This document shows, in pieces, positions 1-7,271 of a stretch of DNA of 32,000 bases. The notes under the pieces were generated by a model. It was given only the letters and a program-made list of their open reading frames with translations. It was not told the origin of the DNA and did no database searches. The translations under genes and the position numbers were made by a program. The DNA is from Caedibacter taeniospiralis (GTDB taxonomy: Bacteria > Pseudomonadota > Gammaproteobacteria > Francisellales > Francisellaceae), in assembly GCF_002803295.2 (NCBI RefSeq), contig NZ_PGGB02000008.1, forward strand, positions 30,001-62,000. Reading direction: 5' to 3'. How positions within the stretch are numbered: the stretch's first letter is position 1; the number at the start of each line of letters is the position of its first letter.

Positions 1-1743
1 CGCCGTACGCTTATTATCACCTGTTACCATAGTGATCTTTATATTCAAATCCTCAAGCTTTTTAATTGCAGCCAAGGCGTCTTCGTTGATGGGATCGGCA
101 ACTGCGACAATACCCATGAGCTTTGATTCTAGCGCTACAAACATGACGGTTTGACCTTGCTGAGACATTTGATTGAAAGTATCCATAAATGCACTCACCT
201 CAACTTGGCAGTTTTCCATCATCCTGACATTTCCAATCGCAACATTTTTATCCTCTATTTTAGCGCTAACCCCCAACCCTGTATGGCTATAAAAATGGCT
301 GACTGGTAGTAAACTCAGTGACTTGTCTTTCGCTTTTTTAACGATTGCTTCTGCCAGCGGGTGCTCTGAATGCGCTTCAATACTTACCATAATCTGCAAT
401 AAATAATCTTCCGACACACCCTCAACACACTCAATCGCGATGACTTCAGACTCACCCTTCGTGATCGTCCCTGTTTTATCAAGTACAACATGGTTTAATT
501 GACTTGATTTTTGCAAGGCTTCACCATTACGAATCAAGACCCCCATTTGTGCAGCTTTCCCCATGCCCACAATAACTGAAATTGGCGTTGCCAACCCCAG
601 TGCACAGGGACAAGCAATAACCAAAACAGTGATGCTCGTTACCACTGCAAAACCGGCAGAAAAGCCGAGGTTAAACCAAATAAGCGCCGTAATCACAGCA
701 CAGATCATAACAGCAGGGACAAAGTAGCTTGAAACAACATCGGCAAGTTTGGCAATAGAGGGTTTTGTGCTTTGCGCATTTTTCACTAAAGTCACGATTT
801 GCGCAAGCAGAGTATCTTTGGTTGCCTTAGTTACCTTATAGGTAAAGCTCCCATTTTTATTTATCGTTCCTGCATAGACTTCATCATCAATGTTTTTAGA
901 TACTGCAATACCTTCCCCTGTTAGCATCGATTCATCAACATGCGATTTCCCTACCACAACAATCCCATCTAATGCAATTTTTTCACCAGGTCGGACTCTC
1001 AGCAAATCTCCAGGCTTTATGTAATTAATTGCTACCTCTTGCACCTTGGCATCCTTTAGCACCACGTGTGCCGTTTGCGGTTGCAACCCAATTAAATGCT
1101 GGATTGCCAGGGAGGTCCTTCCTCTTGCTTTTACTTCCAAAAAAGCACCTAAATTAACCAAAGCAATGATCAATAATGAGGCTTCGAGGTAGACGTGTCG
1201 CGCATTCTCTGGCATCCAGTAAGGAAAGAAAATAACCATCGCAGAGTAGCCCCAGGCGGCTAAAGTTCCAAGGCTGATTAAGGTATCCATGGTCGCATGG
1301 TGCTGCAAAAGCGCTTTATAGGCCGCATAATACATGTGCTGAGCAGCATAGAACAGGATGAACAACGTCAAACCTGTCATGCAAAGCCAAAACAGATTTA
1401 CGGCATCAGACGTTATCATAGCCGCTTGAGCAGACATCCCATAGACCATAATAAACAGCCCAAGTACCGTTGGAATGATAATCTTCAAGAGTTGAGCCAT
1501 ATCTGTTTTGTGAAGAATATCAGCTGTCACTTCTTCACGACTAGAACTCACCTGATAACCAATTTTAGCCAAAGCAGTGATGACTTCATCAGCATCGACA
1601 CTGCCAAGCACCAGGAGTGTACGCTCTGCAAAGTTTACCCGAACATTGTCGATCAGGGACAATTGCGCCAGCGTTTTTTCAATTTTACTGACACAGCTCA
1701 TACAAGAAACATTGTGTAATTTAAATTCTTGTGATGCTTTCAT
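1..1743 (-). CDS. copA: Heavy-metal (Cu/Ag-type) translocating P1B-type ATPase; C-terminal part lies beyond the window edge
   Basis: Absent from the ORF track because no stop lies in the window. Minus-strand ATG at 1743-1741 gives MKASQEFKLHNVSCMSCVSKIEK... (HMA domain with CxxC). VIACPCAL (CPC motif) is encoded at 621-598, the DKTGTIT phosphorylation motif at 480-460, and MVTGDN at 30-13. The frame stays open to position 1. Confidence 0.9.
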   Translation of the reverse strand, partial: MKASQEFKLHNVSCMSCVSKIEKTLAQLSLIDNVRVNFAERTLLVLGSVDADEVITALAKIGYQVSSSREEVTADILHKTDMAQLLKIIIPTVLGLFIMVYGMSAQAAMITSDAVNLFWLCMTGLTLFILFYAAQHMYYAAYKALLQHHATMDTLISLGTLAAWGYSAMVIFFPYWMPENARHVYLEASLLIIALVNLGAFLEVKARGRTSLAIQHLIGLQPQTAHVVLKDAKVQEVAINYIKPGDLLRVRPGEKIALDGIVVVGKSHVDESMLTGEGIAVSKNIDDEVYAGTINKNGSFTYKVTKATKDTLLAQIVTLVKNAQSTKPSIAKLADVVSSYFVPAVMICAVITALIWFNLGFSAGFAVVTSITVLVIACPCALGLATPISVIVGMGKAAQMGVLIRNGEALQKSSQLNHVVLDKTGTITKGESEVIAIECVEGVSEDYLLQIMVSIEAHSEHPLAEAIVKKAKDKSLSLLPVSHFYSHTGLGVSAKIEDKNVAIGNVRMMENCQVEVSAFMDTFNQMSQQGQTVMFVALESKLMGIVAVADPINEDALAAIKKLEDLNIKITMVTGDNKRTA

Positions 1744-1846
1744 CCTCTCCCTCCTTGTTTGCTTTGCCTTCTAACCCATATAAATTCTGCATGATAGAAC
1801 AGCTGCTGATCAAGGCAGATATTTCATATTTTTTGAAACTTTGCAG

Positions 1847-1874
1847 TTGACATCCAACCTGAATTCTATAGAAT
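1847..1874 (+). promoter_or_regulatory. Candidate sigma70 promoter for the tRNA-Thr/tRNA-Asp pair
   Basis: TTGACA (1847-1852), 16-nt spacer, TAGAAT (1869-1874), 11 nt upstream of the tRNA-Thr 5' end. Confidence 0.45.
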
Positions 1875-1885
1875 GCCTTCCTGTT

Positions 1886-1961
1886 GCCGACATGGCTCAA
1901 CTGGTAGAGCAGCCGACTTGTAATCGGCAGGTTCCGGGTTCAAGTCCTGGTGTCGGCACCA
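1886..1961 (+). tRNA. tRNA-Thr (anticodon UGU)
   Basis: Hand-folded cloverleaf. Acceptor GCCGACA/TGTCGGC, D stem GCTC/GAGC, anticodon stem GCCGA/TCGGC with loop CTTGTAA, T arm CCGGG-TTCAAGT-CCTGG, encoded CCA. 76 nt. Confidence 0.9.
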
Positions 1962-1968
1962 TCTACGC

Positions 1969-2045
1969 GGAGTGGTAGTTCAGTTGGTTAGAATACCTGC
2001 CTGTCACGCAGGGGGTCGCGGGTTCGAGTCCCGTCCATTCCGCCA
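1969..2045 (+). tRNA. tRNA-Asp (anticodon GUC)
   Basis: 77 nt, nearly identical to the E. coli tRNA-Asp body as I recall it (TAGTTCAGTTGGTTAGAATACCTGCCTGTCACGCAGGGGGTCGCGGGTTCGAGTCCCGTC). Acceptor GGAGTGG/CCATTCC, encoded CCA. Confidence 0.93.
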
Positions 2046-2093
2046 TGTATCTTTAGATAGCCTCCCAATGCAAGCCCTTAATTTAGTCCTCTG

Positions 2094-2564
2094 TTATTTA
2101 TGATAAGGATGACCCTGCAAGATCGTCCACGCGCGGTAGATCTGTTCCGCAAAAATAATGCGTACAATTGGATGTGGAAACGTCATTTTTGACAGCGATA
2201 TTTTTTCACGGGCGATGCGTTTAATTGACTCATCAATGCCATCAGGTCCACCAATCACGATGGCAACATTCGGGGTATTCTGCTGCCAGTTTTTCATTCT
2301 GGTCGCAAGCTCTTTGGTACTGATAGGCTGAGACTGAACATCTAACACCACCAGATGGTCTTGATCATTAAGCTTTGATAGAACCGTTTTGGCTTCCTGG
2401 GCTAACCAGCCATCGATAGATCCCGTCTTTGTGGGCTTTGCAATAGGCAACTCTACTAATTGCAATTGTATTGATGAGCCCGTTAAACGTTTTTGATATT
2501 CATCAAAGCCTTCCTGCACCCAATTTGGCATTTTTTCGCCCAAAGCGAGTAACTTAATCTTCAC
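2094..2564 (-). CDS. rlmH: 23S rRNA (pseudouridine1915-N3)-methyltransferase RlmH
   Basis: Track ORF 2094..2585. The family N-terminus (V)KIKLLALGEKMPNWVQEGFDEY starts at GTG 2564-2562, which overlaps the yaaA stop (GTGA). ~156 aa, SPOUT-type C-terminus (IGGPDG...TFPH). Confidence 0.88.
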   Translation of the reverse strand: MKIKLLALGEKMPNWVQEGFDEYQKRLTGSSIQLQLVELPIAKPTKTGSIDGWLAQEAKTVLSKLNDQDHLVVLDVQSQPISTKELATRMKNWQQNTPNVAIVIGGPDGIDESIKRIAREKISLSKMTFPHPIVRIIFAEQIYRAWTILQGHPYHK

Positions 2565-3334
2565 GGTTTGATACGAGTAAAGCACAAGGACTCTGTGCGT
2601 GAAAACTCTGGATTGAGCATATAACCGTCATAGTGAAAGTCTTTAAGTGCATCGATAGTATCAGCTTTATGATCCAGGATATAACGCGCCATCCTTCCAC
2701 GCGCACGTTTGGCAAAAAGCGCTATCGTTTGGTATTTACCTTTGTGATATTCTTTAAAATCAATCTCAAGCCATGTTGCCTTAACAGCTTTTTTATTAAT
2801 CGCCTTGCTATATTCGTCTGATGCCAAATTGACAATTGCCTTGTGTCCATCTCTCACGATGATTTCATTGAGTTTATGCGTTAGTGTTTCGCGCCAAAAG
2901 TCATACAACAACGTGTCATCAATCTTAAATTTTATGCCCATTTCCAAACGATATGCCTGAATCAAATCCAATGGTCGAATAAGACCATAGAGACCTGATA
3001 GCATTAATAAGTGGCATTGCGCGTATTCAATCTGATCCTGGTTTAGACTCAATGCCTCAAGTCCGCGATAAACATCACCGCTAAAAGCAAACAGTGCTTG
3101 CTTGGCATTGTCTTTTGTATAGTGCTCCACATCAAAGTTAAGATACATTTCAAAAACCCCTTCTGCAAGCTTCGGTGAAATTTTCATTAAGGATTCAAAC
3201 TCATCTGGGCTATAGTGTTTAAGCTTAACGACAAGCTCAGCAGTCTTGGCTTTAAACATCAGATCAGTCGTCACTTCAACGGGGGTGTTTTTACTAAAAT
3301 CCTGACTTTTTGCAGGAGAAATAAGGCTTAGCAT
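2561..3334 (-). CDS. yaaA: YaaA/UPF0246 peroxide-stress protein
   Basis: 257 aa. N-terminus MLSLISPAKSQDF and the overall length are typical of the YaaA family. Confidence 0.88.
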   Translation of the reverse strand: MLSLISPAKSQDFSKNTPVEVTTDLMFKAKTAELVVKLKHYSPDEFESLMKISPKLAEGVFEMYLNFDVEHYTKDNAKQALFAFSGDVYRGLEALSLNQDQIEYAQCHLLMLSGLYGLIRPLDLIQAYRLEMGIKFKIDDTLLYDFWRETLTHKLNEIIVRDGHKAIVNLASDEYSKAINKKAVKATWLEIDFKEYHKGKYQTIALFAKRARGRMARYILDHKADTIDALKDFHYDGYMLNPEFSRTESLCFTRIKP

Positions 3335-3496
3335 AATTACTTCTCATCACGAAATTTTCGCTATTGTAACCAGATTTACGCGCTTTTTCGATGCCTATTA
3401 CACAACCCTTTCTTCTCCATCATTTAAGGGGAACTAAACTGGGGCACTAAAAAATCATAAGCACGTCTGAGCTTAATTAAACTCTTCACAAAATTT

Positions 3497-3665
3497 GGGG
3501 TTGACCATCTTTCTGCCCACAAGGGCGTATTCAATACGCCCCTACGATTGTTGGCTTAGACAAAGTATCCGCCCAAAACAAGCAAGCTACCATCAAAAAC
3601 CTTGATGAAATCAAAGGTTATGATGGTGCTTTTTCACAAAGTGGGTGGAAAGATGGTCACCGCCC
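3497..3665. repeat. Nested palindromic intergenic element: ~24-bp imperfect inverted arms enclosing a REP-like hairpin
   Basis: Left arm GGGGTTGACCATCTTTCTGCCCAC (3497-3520) versus right arm GTGGGTGGAAAGATGGTCACCGCC (3641-3664). Inner hairpin GGGCGTAT-TCA-ATACGCCC (3523-3541). The core TTGACC..CACAAGGGCGTATKCAATACGCCCCTAC recurs inverted at 8284-8345. Confidence 0.6.
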
Positions 3666-3790
3666 GATTGTTCAAATGAAAAATGGGCTGAAATTCTGTC
3701 GAAGCCCAAAATTTAATGTGAGATCACGCTGGTGTGTACAGCAGGTTTTAGCTATGCTCATCCAGGATTCTACAAATATAACCAGGGGAT

Positions 3791-4627
3791 ATGGATTACA
3801 TGTTTAAGAAAATTACTGTTATTTTTTCGTTTCTGTTATTGGCGATGTCAGGCTTTCAATTAGCTGAAGCCAAACGCTTTGGCGGGGGATCAAGCCATGG
3901 TTACAGTCGCTCTGCCCCAGCACAGACACACAACACCGCGGCAGGCAGTGCAGCGCAAAAGCAAGGTGGCATGGGCATGTTTGGCAAGGTTCTAACTGCG
4001 CTTGGGCTTGGAGCGTTATTTGCCTGGCTGTTTAGCGCTCAAGGCATGACTGGAGTTTTAATCGTTGTGGCTTTAATTGCATTATTGATGTTCTTTATGC
4101 GTAGAAAAGCCATGCAACAAAATTCAGTTGCTAACACGCAACATAATGCGGCATACAAACAGCCATCCCCTTTGCATTCAGCGACCAACGCGTTTACCAG
4201 TCATCAAGTAAAGGAAGGCTCCACTCATGAGGAAGGGCAGGTTAGCAGTGCCATTAAAAATGGTCAGCTTCCTGACAGCACTCCTGAAACCGTATTTAAC
4301 CATCAAGCGCTTAACCTATTCAATCAACTGCAATCACTGAACAATAAAGCAGGTCTTGAAAAAATCAAAAGCTACATCACTGAAGACCTATATCATAGTG
4401 TCATCAGCGATATTGAGCAGAATGATGAGCTGGCGCAATTCAAAGACGTTAGCTGTAAAGTGGTTGATTGCGATCGCCAGGGCACTCAATGGATTGCCAG
4501 TGTCATGTTTGTCGGGCAGGTGCAAGAAGACAGCAATAGCGTATGGCAAAATTTTGAAGAAATCTGGCACTTTACGCGCAAAGATGGTGAACACCTGTGG
4601 CAAGTCGCTGGTGTTCAACAGTTTTGA
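3791..4627 (+). CDS. Tim44-like domain membrane protein
   Basis: 278 aa. Signal/anchor (FSFLLLAMSGFQLAEA), KRFGGGSS Gly-rich stretch, one TM segment (VLTALGLGALFAWLF...), and a C-terminal domain with the bacterial Tim44-homolog layout. Start could be ATG 3800 instead (better spacing from AGGGGA). Confidence 0.7.
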   Translation: MDYMFKKITVIFSFLLLAMSGFQLAEAKRFGGGSSHGYSRSAPAQTHNTAAGSAAQKQGGMGMFGKVLTALGLGALFAWLFSAQGMTGVLIVVALIALLMFFMRRKAMQQNSVANTQHNAAYKQPSPLHSATNAFTSHQVKEGSTHEEGQVSSAIKNGQLPDSTPETVFNHQALNLFNQLQSLNNKAGLEKIKSYITEDLYHSVISDIEQNDELAQFKDVSCKVVDCDRQGTQWIASVMFVGQVQEDSNSVWQNFEEIWHFTRKDGEHLWQVAGVQQF

Positions 4628-4732
4628 TTTTACATATAGTGCGTTCTAACACAGCAATACAGGCATTTGCACTTAAATTTTACTGATTGATTTACTTTGA
4701 GCATCAGTTTACCGATGTCAGATTAAGTAAAA

Positions 4733-5161
4733 ATGGAAACGACAACAATTGAGCTAAAGCCCTCTAAAGCGAAAATAATTGTAGTATCGCTACTTTTTAT
4801 GATTTCATTTTTTATCGTTTTTTATTTATTGCATGCGTGGTTTTTCTATTTAGGGCTATTGTTCTGCCTGTTTGCCGCAATGGGTAGCCTCATGAGTTAT
4901 TACAGCAAACAGAAAATTAATTGTATTCATGTGATTGAAACTGCGTACGCACGAGAAATAAATATTCTCTATGCTAAAACATGGCTTAATAATATATTCA
5001 TTGAGCGTTATATGCTGGTTGCGGGCGTTATTTACATGAAGTTAAGGGTAGCCCAGCATAAACCGATAAGGCTTTGGCTATTTAGGGATAATTTTACAAG
5101 CCTGGAAGCTCGCTACCAGCTCATTAAGGTGTTAATGTTGGCAAAAGATAGATTAAAATAA
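4733..5161 (+). CDS. Small inner-membrane protein, YgfX/CptA-like (DUF1434-like)
   Basis: 142 aa with two N-terminal TM helices. The C-terminal motif ..IRLWLFRDNFTSLEARYQLIKVL parallels E. coli YgfX ..HLWLAADSMDEAEWRDLRRIL as I recall it. Similarity judged by eye only. Confidence 0.45.
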   Translation: METTTIELKPSKAKIIVVSLLFMISFFIVFYLLHAWFFYLGLLFCLFAAMGSLMSYYSKQKINCIHVIETAYAREINILYAKTWLNNIFIERYMLVAGVIYMKLRVAQHKPIRLWLFRDNFTSLEARYQLIKVLMLAKDRLK

Positions 5162-5249
5162 ATGATCTCTAAATTATAAAAATGAATTTTTATAATCATT
5201 CACTCTCTGCTATCGTCTGTTTTCCGTTTTGAAGAATCGAAGTCCTGGA

Positions 5250-7112
5250 ATGAAGTTATCAAATATTGAAATTGTTATTGCTAATAGCACACACTGCCGT
5301 TTTGCCGAAGCGATTTCCAGACAAATTGAAGAGAGCGCCAAACAAAGAAAGACAGGTATTGCAAAGCGTAGTGTAAGCTATCTGCAGGGCAAACTACGCA
5401 CGCAACATGCGGTCATTGCGATTGATCAGCTGTTAAATACGGTGGCTGGTTTTTGCTACATAGAATCCTGGCAAGATAAGCGTTATGTCTCCAATTCAGG
5501 ACTCATTGTTTTTCCCGCCTATCGAAATCTGGGCTTATCAAAGATGATAAAAAACAAGGCATTTGAACTTGCGAGAACCTATTACCCAGAGGCTAAGATT
5601 TTTGGTTTAACCACCAATCCGCAAGTGATGCACATCAACTATGAATTAGGCTATGAGCCTGTAGCATTCACGGGACTGACTACCGATAAGACATTTTGGC
5701 AGGGGTGCAAGAGTTGCGTTAATTTCCCTATTTTACAATCAAAAGAATATCAAAACTGTCTGTGTACGGCGATGCTGTATGATCCTGTGAGAAAACAAGC
5801 ACAAAGAGAGCAGCAAAAGGAGCAGAAAATGAAAGTAATCGTCGCTTTTAGTGGAGGATTGGATACGAGTTTTTGTGTCAAATATTTGCAACACGAACAT
5901 GGGCTTGAAGTGCATACTGTCACCGTCAATACGGGTGGTTTTAGTACGATTGAGCTGACAGAAATTGAGAAGAAAGCGTATCAACTGGGGGCTAAAACAC
6001 ATCAATGTATTGATGCAACTAAAGATTTTTATCAGCAATGTGTGAAGTTTTTGATTTTTGCGAATGCGCTAAAAAATAACTGCTATCCCCTGTCGGTGAG
6101 TGCTGAGCGCACCTTTCAAGCCATGACAATCGCTAAAGCCGCTAATAGCATGGGCATCAGTAAAATCGCACATGGATGTACGGGAGCGGGGAACGATCAG
6201 GTGCGCTTTGATCTTATGTTTCATATTTTGTGTCCTCATATTGAAATTATTACCCCTATCAGAGATTTAAAACTCTCGCGCAGCAAAACTCAGGATTATT
6301 TGATTAAGCATGGAATTGCCTGCTCACAAAGCACAAAAAATTATTCAATCAATAAAGGCTTATGGGGAACTTCTGTGGGTGGTGTTGAAACCTTGACTTC
6401 TCATTTATATTTAACGGATGAGGCATGGCCAACGGGGCTAAGTAAAAGCACAAATGAAGCAGAAATGCTGAAAATTACTTTTATAAATGGTGAGCCGATT
6501 GCCTTAAATGATGAGTTATCCAATTCCATCCAAGTCATTCAAAAACTTAATAGCATTGCCAGCCAATACGGTATTGGACGTGACATTCACATCGGCGATA
6601 CCATTATTAATATCAAAGGACGTGTAGGCTTTGAAGCTGCGGCTCCATTGATATTGATTAAGGCGCATCACCTGTTGGAAAAACATGTACTGACTAAGGC
6701 GCAGCTTAAAATTAAAACCCTGCTTACCGACACCTATGCCGAGATGGTGCATGAGGGTCAGTTTTTGGATCCTGCAGTACGAGATGTTGAAGCACTATTA
6801 TTGTCATCACAAGCAAAAGTAACAGGAGATGTTTTCGTACTGCTTAAGCCATACCACTTTGTGCTGTTAGGCGTGCAATCTGAGCATGATTTAATGCAGG
6901 CGCAAAGTGCCAAATATGGAGAGGAAAACACAAGCTTTAGCGGTAATGATGTCAAAGGCTTCACTAAGGTGATGAGTAATCAGTTAGCCACCTATTACCA
7001 GCTACAAAACAACCTCAAAGTGACCAAGTCACTGGAGTTGCGTACTTTTACTGATTTTGACGACTACCCCGTCCGCTTCGCGTCCACCCCTTCGCTAACG
7101 AAGGGGAATTAA
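5250..7112 (+). CDS. argG: Fusion protein: N-terminal GNAT-type acyltransferase (arginine-cluster type) plus argininosuccinate synthase
   Basis: Track ORF starts at TTG 5229; ATG 5250 (MKLSNIEIV..) is more likely. Residues ~1-190 resemble the GNAT gene that precedes argG in Bacteroidetes (..SAKQRKTGIAKRS..AGFCYIESW..SGLIVFPAYRNLGLSK..). From MKVIVAFSGGLDTSFC (5829) onward it is ArgG (HGCTGAGNDQVRFD, SINKGLWGTSVGG). The last 27 codons and the stop lie inside the MITE at 7031-7230. Confidence 0.85.
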   Translation: MKLSNIEIVIANSTHCRFAEAISRQIEESAKQRKTGIAKRSVSYLQGKLRTQHAVIAIDQLLNTVAGFCYIESWQDKRYVSNSGLIVFPAYRNLGLSKMIKNKAFELARTYYPEAKIFGLTTNPQVMHINYELGYEPVAFTGLTTDKTFWQGCKSCVNFPILQSKEYQNCLCTAMLYDPVRKQAQREQQKEQKMKVIVAFSGGLDTSFCVKYLQHEHGLEVHTVTVNTGGFSTIELTEIEKKAYQLGAKTHQCIDATKDFYQQCVKFLIFANALKNNCYPLSVSAERTFQAMTIAKAANSMGISKIAHGCTGAGNDQVRFDLMFHILCPHIEIITPIRDLKLSRSKTQDYLIKHGIACSQSTKNYSINKGLWGTSVGGVETLTSHLYLTDEAWPTGLSKSTNEAEMLKITFINGEPIALNDELSNSIQVIQKLNSIASQYGIGRDIHIGDTIINIKGRVGFEAAAPLILIKAHHLLEKHVLTKAQLKIKTLLTDTYAEMVHEGQFLDPAVRDVEALLLSSQAKVTGDVFVLLKPYHFVLLGVQSEHDLMQAQSAKYGEENTSFSGNDVKGFTKVMSNQLATYYQLQNNLKVTKSLELRTFTDFDDYPVRFASTPSLTKGN

Positions 7113-7230
7113 TGGAGAAGCTTTCCAAAAATTCCCCTTCACTGGTGAAGGGGTGCCGAGCCTGCCTGACCACTCCAGAGCGGTCAGGTCTGCGAGGCGG
7201 GGTAGTGCAGCAAAAGTGCGTAACTCCAGT
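7031..7230. mobile_element. 200-bp MITE-like palindromic element with terminal inverted repeats and a 5-bp target-site duplication
   Basis: TIRs ACTGGAGTTGCGTACTTTTACTG (7031-7053) and the reverse complement of CAGCAAAAGTGCGTAACTCCAGT (7208-7230). Direct repeat AAGTC at 7026-7030 and 7231-7235. Internal hairpins at 7087-7106, 7134-7153 and 7165-7188. No coding capacity of its own. Confidence 0.7.
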
Positions 7231-7271
7231 AAGTCAGATGTGGCAAATGCAATGATAACAGGATAGTGGTT

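Noticed and set aside
1297-1774. Plus-strand ORFs 1297..1719 and 1577..1774
   Set aside because: They lie entirely antisense to a clearly motif-bearing P1B ATPase gene (HMA, CPC, DKTGT). The translations show no family resemblance and are Arg/Ser/His-rich, as expected of a shadow frame.
1744-1850. MerR/CueR-type operator in the copA promoter region
   Set aside because: I looked for a dyad within a 19-20-bp-spaced promoter. I found only a partial symmetry around CAGCTG (GATCAGCAGCTGTTCTATC) with poor arms and no convincing -35/-10 pair.
3508-3790. Long stop-free frame through the intergenic repeat (..GRIQYAPTIVGLDK..EIKGYDGAFSQSGWKDGHRPIVQMKNGLKF..), vaguely recalling RAYT/IS200-like N-termini (..LKGYDYSQ.G.YF..)
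   Set aside because: There is no ATG/GTG/TTG start before the last 43 codons and no SD. The resemblance is only a few residues with an indel. Repeat-derived open frames are common. It was not strong enough to call a transposase remnant.
5183-5202. ARG-box-like TGAAT...ATTCA upstream of the arginine operon
   Set aside because: The half-sites are 10 nt apart. The canonical E. coli ARG box (TNTGAATWWWWATTCANW) has 4 nt. I could not fit an 18-bp box, so only the general palindrome is reported, at low interest.
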